The notes beneath the pieces were generated by a model. The model searched no databases, was not told where the DNA came from, and saw only the letters and a list, made by a program, of their open reading frames with translations. The position numbers were made by a program, and so were the translations under genes. A stretch of 28,721 nt of DNA from Pseudomonadota bacterium (GTDB lineage: Bacteria; UBA10199; 2-02-FULL-44-16; JBDRGF01), in contig JBDRGF010000032.1 of assembly GCA_043818055.1 (NCBI GenBank), positions 1-28,721 of the forward strand, read 5' to 3'. Below are positions 8,104 through 17,200 of this stretch, in pieces. The number at the start of each line of letters is the position of its first letter. Position 1 is the first letter of the stretch.

Positions 8104-9096
8104 ATGGATAACACTTTGTTAGAAGTTCGTGGATTAAAAAAGAAGTTCGGGACCTCTCCGGGCTTTCTGAAACATTCGCAGCCCAAGGTGCATGCGGTGC
8201 GCGGGGTCGATCTCAAGATTTTTAAAGGTGAGACGCTAGGTCTTGTGGGTGAGTCTGGCTGCGGCAAATCAACATTATCGCTTTTGGTCTTGCGCCTTCT
8301 CAAAGAGGATGCCGGTAGAATATTTTTTGAAGGTGTCGACATTACAGATTACAAGAGATCAGAGCTTAAAGATGTTCGAAAGAGGATGCAGGTGGTTTTT
8401 CAAAATCCTTATGCATCACTCGATCCGCATATGAAAGCTGGAGAGATCATCGGCGAGCCGCTTCTGGTTCATAATATTGTAAACTCTAAAGATCGTAAGG
8501 ATATGGTGCTTAAGCTTCTGGAAGAGGTTGGTTTGAGCTCTGATTCCTATGACAAATATCCCTTTGAGTTTTCCGGCGGTCAACGTCAGCGCATAGGGAT
8601 CGCAAGGGCGCTCTCTTTGACTCCGAGCCTCATCGTCGCCGATGAACCTGTATCGGCGCTCGATGTTTCGATTCGTGGCGGCATCTTAAATCTCTTCGTT
8701 GAGTTGCAAAAGAAGCTATCACTTACATATCTCTTCATCTCTCACGATCTGAAAGTCGTTGAACATGTCAGCGATCGCATAATCGTGATGTATCTTGGAA
8801 AAGTTGTGGAGGAGTTTGCGGCTTCAGAATTGATGAACGCGAGGCATCCCTACACTCAGGCGTTGGTCTCGGCGATACCAGTCCCGGTGCCGGGCGCCAA
8901 GATGAAGAGGATCGTGCCCAAAGGAGATGTTCCATCCACAACGAATCCTCCCAAGGGTTGTTCATTTCATCCGAGATGCAGTTATGCGAAGGAAATTTGC
9001 AGCATTGAAGAACCCAAATTCGTTGAAATCGGAAAGGGCCATCGCGCCGCTTGCCATTTCATCGATAAAGTGGGAGTAATAAGCTGTAAGTTTTAA
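8104..9096 (+). CDS. dppF: Oligo/dipeptide ABC transporter ATP-binding subunit (DppF/OppF type)
   Basis: GESGCGKST, VFQNPYASL, FSGGQRQRIGIARAL, DEPVSALDVS, ISHD, PPKGCSFHPRC. Confidence 0.9.
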   Translation: MDNTLLEVRGLKKKFGTSPGFLKHSQPKVHAVRGVDLKIFKGETLGLVGESGCGKSTLSLLVLRLLKEDAGRIFFEGVDITDYKRSELKDVRKRMQVVFQNPYASLDPHMKAGEIIGEPLLVHNIVNSKDRKDMVLKLLEEVGLSSDSYDKYPFEFSGGQRQRIGIARALSLTPSLIVADEPVSALDVSIRGGILNLFVELQKKLSLTYLFISHDLKVVEHVSDRIIVMYLGKVVEEFAASELMNARHPYTQALVSAIPVPVPGAKMKRIVPKGDVPSTTNPPKGCSFHPRCSYAKEICSIEEPKFVEIGKGHRAACHFIDKVGVISCKF

Positions 9097-9118
9097 GCAT
9101 TAAGATAGGAGAATTCTT

Positions 9119-9613
9119 ATGAAGAAAATTATTGTTATTTTATTTTGTCTGGTCTGTTTAGTCGGTTGCGCTACTGGGGGAAACCACAGCTCGAAGAATG
9201 TTGAGAAGGTTCAGGGTGGAACTCCGATTGGCAACATGGGTGTTATCATCGATTCAAGTTATGATGAATCTATAAACAGGGAATTCCCGGGTTACAAGGT
9301 ATTAAGCGTCGCTATTTTGAACGCCTCCTACAACATCATCCCCATGGATCCTTCTCACGACACATGGTCGGTGAGAATAGACAATAAGGTTTATAAGACC
9401 GTTCATGATTTGCGACAGTCGAACCCGGAACTTTGGAATTCGTTTTCCGAATCGAAGAGAAATCTCCTCTCATATCCGCTAGCACTTCCGATCGGTGCTT
9501 CATTTGTCATCGATCTGTTTGTAACTGAAGATGTGCCTCTCGAAAAATACACCGACCTCATCGTTTACCTAAGCGGCTTGAATAAAAAGGTAGAGATTTT
9601 ACCTCGTCAGTAG
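9119..9613 (+). CDS. Hypothetical lipoprotein
   Basis: AGGAG RBS, MKK signal with lipobox LVGC; no family recognised. Confidence 0.8.
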   Translation: MKKIIVILFCLVCLVGCATGGNHSSKNVEKVQGGTPIGNMGVIIDSSYDESINREFPGYKVLSVAILNASYNIIPMDPSHDTWSVRIDNKVYKTVHDLRQSNPELWNSFSESKRNLLSYPLALPIGASFVIDLFVTEDVPLEKYTDLIVYLSGLNKKVEILPRQ

Positions 9614-9637
9614 CTCCGCATATATATATCAAATTAT

Positions 9638-9702
9638 TGTAGGGGCGGGTTTTAAACCCGCCCTGCATTGTTTTGAGGGCAGGTTTAAAACCTGCCCCTA
9701 CA
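9638..9702. repeat. GTAG-type REP doublet between convergent genes
   Basis: TGTAGGGGCGGGTTTTAAACCCGCCC...GGGCAGGTTTAAAACCTGCCCCTACA. Confidence 0.9.
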
Positions 9703-9772
9703 TATAATAATCGTAAATTTAAGTTCGACAAGAGTCTCTTTCGTGAGGGTAACATGGATGTATGTTAATTTG

Positions 9773-10705
9773 TCAAAGCACTAGCTTTCCCTGTCGGCTG
9801 TCGTGTCTTTCCAGCTCTTCATGAACAGCGTTTAATGTGGCAAGCTTGTTGATCGACCAGTCGGGGGCGATGGTGAATCTTCTTGGGCTGTGCGAATTGA
9901 AGCGGTGGATGATGATTCTCTCAGATAGATGTTCGAGAAAATCCCTCACCCAAAAGGAATATTCGTTAAGCGTTGGGAGTTTGATCTTTCCATCGGCATA
10001 TTTCTTTTCAAGGAGTGTGTCCTTTAGAACATGCAGATTGTGAATTTTAACCCCCCAGAGTTCGTGTTTGTTCAAAAAGGATGCCGTCTCTCTGAACTCT
10101 TCTATCTCCTCACCGGGAAGTCCCAAGACAACATGCGCGCAAGTTGGGATTTCATATTCTCTCAACCAATCGTACGCCTCAAGAAAGCAATTCACCGAGT
10201 GACCACGGTTGATAGCCTTTAGCGTTGAGTCATTCGCGCTTTGAAGTCCCAGCTCAACCCATACAAATGTCCTTTTAGAAAACTCATGAATAAGCTCGAC
10301 GCATGCTTTGGAAAGGGTGTCAGGTCGCGTCGATATGGCGAGCCCGACTATATCAGGATGTTCTATCGACTCGCTCCATACAGATTCAAGCCTGGCAAGT
10401 GGGGCGTACGTGTTGCTGCCCGACTGAAAGTGGGCTATGAATTTTTTCGCGTTGTGTCTCTTTCGCCCATATTCGATTCCAAATTTAACCTGATCCTGAA
10501 TATTATGAGAAGTGAGAAAGCTCGAACTCGCACCTTTTGTAATCACCGGCTCTAAAGTCGCGAGATTGCAAAACGAACATCCATCTTTACCAATCGTTCC
10601 ATCAAAATTTGGACATCCAAGGTTTGCATCAACTGCGATCTTGTAAACGCGTTCTTTGAATCTCACTTTTAGGAAATCGTTCAGTGAATTGTATCTTTGA
10701 TTCAT
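9773..10705 (-). CDS. TIGR01212-family (YhcC-like) radical SAM protein
   Basis: GCPNFDGTIGKDGCSFC extended cluster motif, SNTYAP, ISTRPD, WVELGLQSAND.TL..INRGH, HVVLGLPGE, GVKIHNLHVLK. Confidence 0.93.
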   Translation of the reverse strand: MNQRYNSLNDFLKVRFKERVYKIAVDANLGCPNFDGTIGKDGCSFCNLATLEPVITKGASSSFLTSHNIQDQVKFGIEYGRKRHNAKKFIAHFQSGSNTYAPLARLESVWSESIEHPDIVGLAISTRPDTLSKACVELIHEFSKRTFVWVELGLQSANDSTLKAINRGHSVNCFLEAYDWLREYEIPTCAHVVLGLPGEEIEEFRETASFLNKHELWGVKIHNLHVLKDTLLEKKYADGKIKLPTLNEYSFWVRDFLEHLSERIIIHRFNSHSPRRFTIAPDWSINKLATLNAVHEELERHDSRQGKLVL

Positions 10706-11017
10706 CGGGGGTGTTGTTAGAGGGAGTGCTGAGAAAAGTCAATTTCCAAAAGTTCGGCATAGCAAGTTCGGCACCTCAATCGCCCAATATACGCACAAAA
10801 ATCAAACAGCTAGATGTGTGTCATATTATACCCATAGACACGTTTTTGTTTAAATCGCATGAATTCAACTCATTTAGGTTATTAAAAATCGGCACTGTTG
10901 GAAAATACTATATCAATGGGTTTGGAATAACCCGACAAACCTGTATGGTAAATTTGTACCCCAAGTTAACATATTGAAAAGTAATGCTATTATGAGTCGC
11001 ATAATATGACAAGTTTC

Positions 11018-11033
11018 TGGCACACCCCTTGCT
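11018..11033 (+). promoter_or_regulatory. Sigma54 (-24/-12) promoter
   Basis: TGGCAC-ACCCC-TTGCT, a perfect TGGCAC-N5-TTGCW match, 21 bp upstream of ATG 11055. Confidence 0.8.
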
Positions 11034-11054
11034 TAAGTAAGAGTGGGGGGCGAG

Positions 11055-12701
11055 ATGAAAAAGGTTAGAAAAAATAATTATTTAGTCTTGGTAGTGGTTC
11101 TAATAGTAGTGTTGCTTTCAGGTTGTGGTAGCAAATCATCCTCACCAACACCATCCACTTCGGATGAAACAAAAGAGACTACAGGGACTGGCATTACAAA
11201 TACTGTCTCTTCGCCAGCCGAAATGGGCATCGGTGATATAATGGTCATCGATTTTGTGGATATGGAAGAAGCAGCTTTTGATTTTGCAGGAGTAGATGAA
11301 TCATCTCAGTTCATAATGATTGTCGGCTCTCTTTCCACAAGCGGTCAGGGATCCTCGATAAAGCTCAACAGTGAAGGCTCGATCAGCGTAGGTGAAGATA
11401 TCGATCCTCTGGTCAAGAGTGTGGTAGCGGGCGATGACGGTTATGATGCTTCATCGATCCTCTCTTCTTGGCTCAGGGCAGCGGAATATGAATTGTCAAC
11501 TTTGGATCCGATCGAACCTTCAGTTGATAAAGGGATGAAATCAGTTATGAAATCTGTTGGTGTCGGAGATACGCGTGATTTCAGAGTGCTCAACAGTCTT
11601 TCGTCTCTGAGTAATTATACAACGATCACAGCAGAATTAAAATGTATCGATAGTCATGTTCTTCTTTATGTCGATCAGAATGCGACAAGTGAAATGTTGG
11701 ATGATGACGATATCGATTATCTCTGTGCCGAATATGAAAGGGCAACGGCGTTTGAATATCAGTTGTATGGTGAGCCTTCGGATATAGATGATAACGGCAA
11801 GACGATCGCACTCATCACGCCTCAGGTCAATAGATTGGGAGGCATGGCGGGTGGCATAATCACCGGGTTCTTCTACGCGGCTGATCTGTATAGCAGGACG
11901 GAATCAAACCCGGTATCGAATGAGGGTGAGGTCATGTATCTTATGTCGCCAGATCCGGAAGGCGATTTCGGATATCCGATTTCTCATAACTTTGCCATCA
12001 ACAATTTATTGAGCGCTGTATTCCCACACGAACTGCAGCATGCGATCAGTTATAATCAGCATGTTTTGGTGAGGGGTGGGTCTCCGGAATCGGGTTGGTT
12101 GAATGAGGGAATGTCACATTTTACAGAAGATCTTGTCGGTTATAACAGAGAGAATCCGTCACGATTCTCGTTATATCTTTCTGGTCCTGAAAACGTAGGC
12201 GTGGTAGCAGGCAGCTCTCCCAATCTGCAGGAGAGGGGTGCGGCATATCTCTTCGTGAGGTTTCTGTATGAACAGAGCTCAGACCCGGAAGGTTTCTTGA
12301 GGAATCTCGAACAGTCGGATTTGTCAGGCGTCGATAATCTTGAACAGGCCTTTGACGGTCCCGAGAACTTCAGCGCCTTCTCTGAGCTGATGGCCCGTTG
12401 GACGATCGCCCTTGCTATGACAGACAGAGGGATATCTTCAGATCCACGATATACTTACAGGCCAAGAACAGTTAATTCAGTCACCGGCAACTGGGATGGC
12501 GTATGTATGATCTGTGAAGCCGAAGATGGAAGGTCGACCGAACTAACAGGCCCGCATCTCAACTCACTCAATGGCTCATCAAGCGCGACAGTAGATGGAA
12601 GCGCCGCGAAATTCTACGAGATCACATCTGTACCAGATGTCATCGATCTCGCTGCCACCGTATCAAACGGCAGCTACGCAGTCCTTATCAGGACGAATTA
12701 A
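11055..12701 (+). CDS. Lipoprotein zinc metalloprotease (gluzincin; peptidase M30/hyicolysin-like)
   Basis: Lipobox LSGC, S/T/P linker, FG.PSD.D.NG-like YGEPSDIDDNGK, GFFY..DL, SNEGE, HELQH zinc motif, WLNEGMS third ligand. Confidence 0.82.
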   Translation: MKKVRKNNYLVLVVVLIVVLLSGCGSKSSSPTPSTSDETKETTGTGITNTVSSPAEMGIGDIMVIDFVDMEEAAFDFAGVDESSQFIMIVGSLSTSGQGSSIKLNSEGSISVGEDIDPLVKSVVAGDDGYDASSILSSWLRAAEYELSTLDPIEPSVDKGMKSVMKSVGVGDTRDFRVLNSLSSLSNYTTITAELKCIDSHVLLYVDQNATSEMLDDDDIDYLCAEYERATAFEYQLYGEPSDIDDNGKTIALITPQVNRLGGMAGGIITGFFYAADLYSRTESNPVSNEGEVMYLMSPDPEGDFGYPISHNFAINNLLSAVFPHELQHAISYNQHVLVRGGSPESGWLNEGMSHFTEDLVGYNRENPSRFSLYLSGPENVGVVAGSSPNLQERGAAYLFVRFLYEQSSDPEGFLRNLEQSDLSGVDNLEQAFDGPENFSAFSELMARWTIALAMTDRGISSDPRYTYRPRTVNSVTGNWDGVCMICEAEDGRSTELTGPHLNSLNGSSSATVDGSAAKFYEITSVPDVIDLAATVSNGSYAVLIRTN

Positions 12702-12710
12702 AAAACAAAA

Positions 12711-12822
12711 GCGCATGTAGCATGTAGTCTCACGCCGGATGGTGTGGGCTTGTTCGCTCCCCCTTTACTAAGGGGGGGAGGAGGGGGTAATGTCTTTTCC
12801 ACATACCACATGCTACATGCGC
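12711..12822. repeat. 7-bp-phased (CATGTAG) inverted-repeat element with internal palindromes
   Basis: Perfect 15-bp IR GCGCATGTAGCATGT (12711-12725) / ACATGCTACATGCGC (12808-12822). Confidence 0.88.
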
Positions 12823-12879
12823 CTCTGTCTTTATTTTTTCTTTACATTTCAAAGGGTTTTGTTATATCGGAAGGCCATT

Positions 12880-13671
12880 ATGCATCCTGTTTTGATCAAT
12901 ATTCCCTTCTTTGGGGGGCTCACGATTCATACCTACGGCTTCATGGTGGCGCTTGGATTTTTGGCCGGCATCCTCTGGATTCGTTTTGAGAGCAAGAGGG
13001 TTGGGGTCGATGTTTCACGGATGCTGGACCTCGTTTTTTACCTCGTTTTAATCGGGATTTTGGCTTCGCGGCTCGCCCATCTGCTCATCTCGGAGAGGGC
13101 TGACTTTTTTGCTGATCCGCTCCTCTTCTTCAAGATGTGGCGCGGAGGACTCGTCTTTTTGGGTGGGGTTATACCGGCGATATTGGTTGCTGTCTGGTAT
13201 TTAAGAAGGCACAAGATGGGTTTCTGGAAGCCGGTCGATATACTTTCCCCAGCGCTGGCGCTCGGGCATATGTTCGGAAGAATTGGCTGTCTCATGGCTG
13301 GTTGCTGTTTCGGGAAAGAATCATCTTCTAAGTGGTGTTATATCGTCTTCCCAAATGATCCACACACATTCGCCCCTGTGGGTATCCATATCTTCCCAAC
13401 GCAGCTCATCGAGGCATTGGGAGAGGCTGTAATTTTTAGCATATTGTTTGTCGTGTCGCGGAAGAAGAGATTTGACGGTCAGGTCTTTGCGACCTATCTG
13501 ATCCTATATTCCGTTTTGCGCTTTTTTAACGAGATGCTCAGGGGAGATCTAATCAGGGGATTTGTCATAGAGCCATGGCTCTCGACTTCGCAGTTTGGCA
13601 GCCTTCTGCTCTTCGTTGCCGGCCTAATCATTTATTTCACACGTTGGAAAAAAAGATGCGATTCAATCTGA
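12880..13671 (+). CDS. lgt: Prolipoprotein diacylglyceryl transferase (copy 1)
   Basis: Start MHPVL; HTYGFMVALG, WRGGLVFLGG, GRIGCLMAGCCFG, PTQLIE, RFFNEMLRGD. Confidence 0.92.
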   Translation: MHPVLINIPFFGGLTIHTYGFMVALGFLAGILWIRFESKRVGVDVSRMLDLVFYLVLIGILASRLAHLLISERADFFADPLLFFKMWRGGLVFLGGVIPAILVAVWYLRRHKMGFWKPVDILSPALALGHMFGRIGCLMAGCCFGKESSSKWCYIVFPNDPHTFAPVGIHIFPTQLIEALGEAVIFSILFVVSRKKRFDGQVFATYLILYSVLRFFNEMLRGDLIRGFVIEPWLSTSQFGSLLLFVAGLIIYFTRWKKRCDSI

Positions 13672-14135
13672 TCTTATCAATCATCTTAGTATTCATTTTT
13701 GCCTCCTGCGCAAAGCCGCTGATGAGCGCCAAGGTGAACAAAAATGTGGTTTATATTTCGAAGAGCGTAAGCGCGCCGAAGGATAAAGTCTTTGAGGCTG
13801 CTACACAGGCGATGGGCTCGGGGGGATATTCGATAGCTGTTTCCGACAAAAAGTCAGGTCACATCGAGAGCGTATGGGTGGCCTCGACATCCGACTCGCA
13901 TTACTTAGAGCTTTTCGACAGGCGCGATTACGGAGTGACCGGGACATATCATCAGCTCGTGGTTGATATTTCAGATGATGATGGAAAGACGCTCGTAAAA
14001 GTAGGATCGAGGATAAAGACGCTGGCAGGCGGCATTAAGTCCTCTAAGATAGAGGAAAAAAGCTTCTTAAAGCGTCTTGGAGATTTTTTGAGAAAGGGTG
14101 AGCCGGGGATTACGAATTTGGGGATAACGGAATAA
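13656..14135 (+). CDS. Hypothetical lipoprotein (possibly BamC-like alpha/beta fold)
   Basis: MRFNLILSIILVFIFASC lipobox; overlaps lgt end; pattern VFEAA..AM...GY.I..SDKKSGHIESVW. Confidence 0.75.
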   Translation: MRFNLILSIILVFIFASCAKPLMSAKVNKNVVYISKSVSAPKDKVFEAATQAMGSGGYSIAVSDKKSGHIESVWVASTSDSHYLELFDRRDYGVTGTYHQLVVDISDDDGKTLVKVGSRIKTLAGGIKSSKIEEKSFLKRLGDFLRKGEPGITNLGITE

Positions 14136-14140
14136 AAGTG

Positions 14141-14267
14141 GAAATTACAAATTACAAATAACAAATCCCAAATAAGCTCCAAATTTCAACTTCCAATCCT
14201 CGAATGTAGAGTTTGATTTTTGTTATTGGAGCTTATTTGGATTTTGGAATTTGTATTTTGGAATTTC
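14141..14267. repeat. 7-bp-phased (CAAAT-NN) inverted array upstream of ileS
   Basis: AAATTACAAATTACAAATAACAAATCCCAAAT... mirrored by ...ATTTGGATTTTGGAATTTGTATTTTGGAATTT; perfect 15-bp IR at 14168-14182 / 14226-14240. Confidence 0.88.
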
Positions 14268-14285
14268 AACATTGAGAGGAACACT

Positions 14286-17200
14286 ATGTTCAAAGAAGTC
14301 AAATCTAAGGTATCATTCAGCGAGATGGACGAGAGGCTTCTCGACTATTGGGATAAGAATTCGACATTTCAAAAATCGCTCGATAAGACAAAAAATTCCA
14401 AACCATTTATTTTCTATGATGGTCCTCCCTTTGCAACTGGCCTTCCTCACTACGGCCATATTCTCGCCGGCATCATCAAGGATATCATACCGAGATATCA
14501 GACGATGAAGGGAAAATATGTTAAGCGCCGCTGGGGTTGGGATTGCCATGGGCTCCCCGTCGAACATGAGATGGAAAAGGAGCTCGGGTTCAAATCGAAG
14601 AAGGATGTGCTCGAATATGGCGTCGATAAATTTAACGAAGAGTGTCGCAAGATCGTTCTTCGCTACACGGCCGAGTGGGAGAAGGTGATAAGGCACACAG
14701 GACGCTGGGTCGATTTCAAAAATCAATATCGGACGATGGATCTGCCTTATATGGAATCGATCTGGTGGGTGTTCAGGTCTCTCTGGGACAAGGGGCTCAT
14801 CTACGAAGGGGAAAAAATTGTCCCATACTGCACACGATGTGCGACGACCCTCTCTAATTTCGAAGTGAATCAGGGATATGTTGAGATAACGGATCCCGCC
14901 ATCACGATAAAGTTTCAGGATGAGAAGGATGCTAATCTCTTTTACCTCGCATGGACGACGACTCCCTGGACGCTACCGTCGAATCTGGCTTTGGCCGTAG
15001 GTCCTGATATCGATTATCTCGAGGTGGAGGACAGTAAAAATCATGAACACTATGTTTTGGCCAAACAAAGGCTCTCTGCATATTACCGTTCGGAGGAGGA
15101 ATATTCGTTAATAAGAGAGTTCAAAGGGGCAGGTCTCGAAGGGAGGAGATATGTTCCACTCTTCGATTATTTCAAAGATGTTGGAGGTAGCGCGTTCACT
15201 ATAGTTCTGGCTGATTACGTTTCTATCGACGATGGCACAGGGATAGTTCATACAGCGCCGGGATTTGGCGAAGACGATTACCAGACAGGTTTCAAATATG
15301 GATTGCCGACCATCATTCCCGTCGATGAGAATGGAAATTTTACGAGCGATGTACCCGATTACGAAGGGGTGTATGTCAAGGCCGCTGACAAGGATATCAT
15401 GGAGGGGCTAAAACATCGCAATCTAGTCGTGAAGAGGGAATCCATCCTTCATAACTACCCGCACTGCTGGAGATGCGACTCTCCATTGATCTACAAAGGG
15501 ATCTCGACATGGTTCGTGAAGATCGATCCCATCAAAGAGCGGATGATCAAATCCAACGATAAGATCAATTGGATACCGGATCACATCAAGAGCGGGCGGT
15601 TTGGAAAATGGCTCGAGGGTGCGCGCGACTGGGCGATCTCCCGAAACCGATTCTGGGGTGCGCCTCTTCCTGTATGGCGTTGCGCGGAGTGCAATGAGAC
15701 TGCCTGTATCGGTTCTGTGAGTGAACTTGAAAAGCTGAGCGGCGAAAAGATCACCGACATACATAAACACTTTGTCGATAAGATAGAATTCGATTGTAAA
15801 AAGTGTAAGGGGAAGATGGTTCGTATTCCGGAGGTACTCGATTGCTGGTTCGAGTCGGGATCGATGCCTTATGCTCAGGAACATTATCCATTTGAAAATA
15901 AGGATATCTTTGAAAAACAGTTTCCCGCGGACTTCATCGCCGAGGGGCTTGATCAGACGCGTGGTTGGTTTTATACGTTGACGGTTATCGCGGCTGCGCT
16001 CTTTGATTCCAACGTCTTCAAGAATTGCATAGTCAACGGGATGGTGCTCGCAGAGGATGGGAAGAAGATGAGCAAGCGCCTTAAAAATTATCCCGATCCG
16101 ATGTATATAATGAACACGTATGGCGCGGATGCGATGCGTCTTAGCCTCATCAATTCGCCGGTTCTAAGAGGTGAGGATTTGAGATTCTCCGAGCATCTCG
16201 TCAAGGATACTGTGAAGAATATACTGCTCCCGCTCTGGAATTCGTATTCATTTTTCGTCACATATGCCCGCGTTGACGGCTGGAAGCCACCTGCTGACAT
16301 TGATGATGAGATAAAAAAGAGAAAATTTTCAAACGAGCTCGACCGCTGGATATTGTCGCTTCTGCAACACCTCGTGAATCAGCTAACCGAATCGGTAGAG
16401 GAATACAAACTCTACAAGGCGGTCTCTCCGATGGTTGATTTTGTCGATCAGCTGACAAACTGGTATATCCGTAACTCACGAAGGCGCTTCTGGAAGTCGG
16501 ATATAGATGATGACAAGGATGACGCATATACGGTTCTCTATTATGTCCTTCTCACTTTCTCGAAGATTGCAGCTCCTTTTGTGCCTTTTATCACCGAGGA
16601 GATTTTTCAGAATCTTCGCACTGATAAGATGGAGGAATCGGTTCATCTCGAAACCTATCCGCTTCCAAACGATGGGAAGATCGATCTCACGCTCGAGCGC
16701 AGGATGAGCATGATCGAAGTCGCAGTCAAACTCGGTCGCGCGCTTCGCATGCAGAACAATCTCAAGGTGAGGCAGCCGCTCGCGAAGATGCATATAATAA
16801 ACGCAAATGAGAAGGAGCTTGCTATAATAAATGATATGGCACCTCTCATCATGAGTGAGCTCAACGTCAAGGGAGTCGAGTTCAGTTCCGATGAGTCGAG
16901 CATGGTGAAGCTCAGCGCGAAGCCGAATTTCAAAAAACTCGGGAAAGAGATTGGCCCGAATATGAAGAAATATCAGGCCGCGCTATCTAAACTCTCCACA
17001 AACGATATCGTTGAAATTCAGCAGGGAAAGAGTAAACCGGTGAGTTACGACGGCTTCTCCTATGAAGTAGCTATCGATGATATAATCATATGCAGGGAGG
17101 AGAGGGAAGGTCTTAAAGTTTTAAACGAAGGGCGCATTACGGTCGGCCTCGAGACCGAGTTGACCGATGAGTTGATTCAGGAAGGAAATGTGAGGGAACT

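Noticed and set aside
9558..9755. Short ORFs through REPs (also 17289-17483)
   Set aside because: Peptides such as VGAGFKPA and GGFETRPY are translations of the REP palindromes.
10505..10532. ATGAGAA-GTGAGAA-AG-CTCGAA-CTCGCA mini heptamer-like hairpin inside the radical SAM gene
   Set aside because: Only two units per arm with imperfect phase, in a naturally variable loop; it cannot be separated from chance without an alignment.
10684..10977. 97-aa ORF in the divergent intergenic region
   Set aside because: No RBS or recognisable motif; the region is better explained as promoter/enhancer DNA.
14136..14285. T-box riboswitch upstream of ileS
   Set aside because: No T-box consensus (AGGGTGGNACCGCG) or specifier stem; the structure is explained by the heptamer inverted array.
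14220..14285. N-terminal extensions in the ORF track for ileS (also tlyA 3810, lgt 12790, cysE 22609, CPBP 18789, transposase 1884)
   Set aside because: They translate repeat or overlapping-gene sequence; downstream starts fit family N-termini and, in most cases, an RBS or stop/start overlap.
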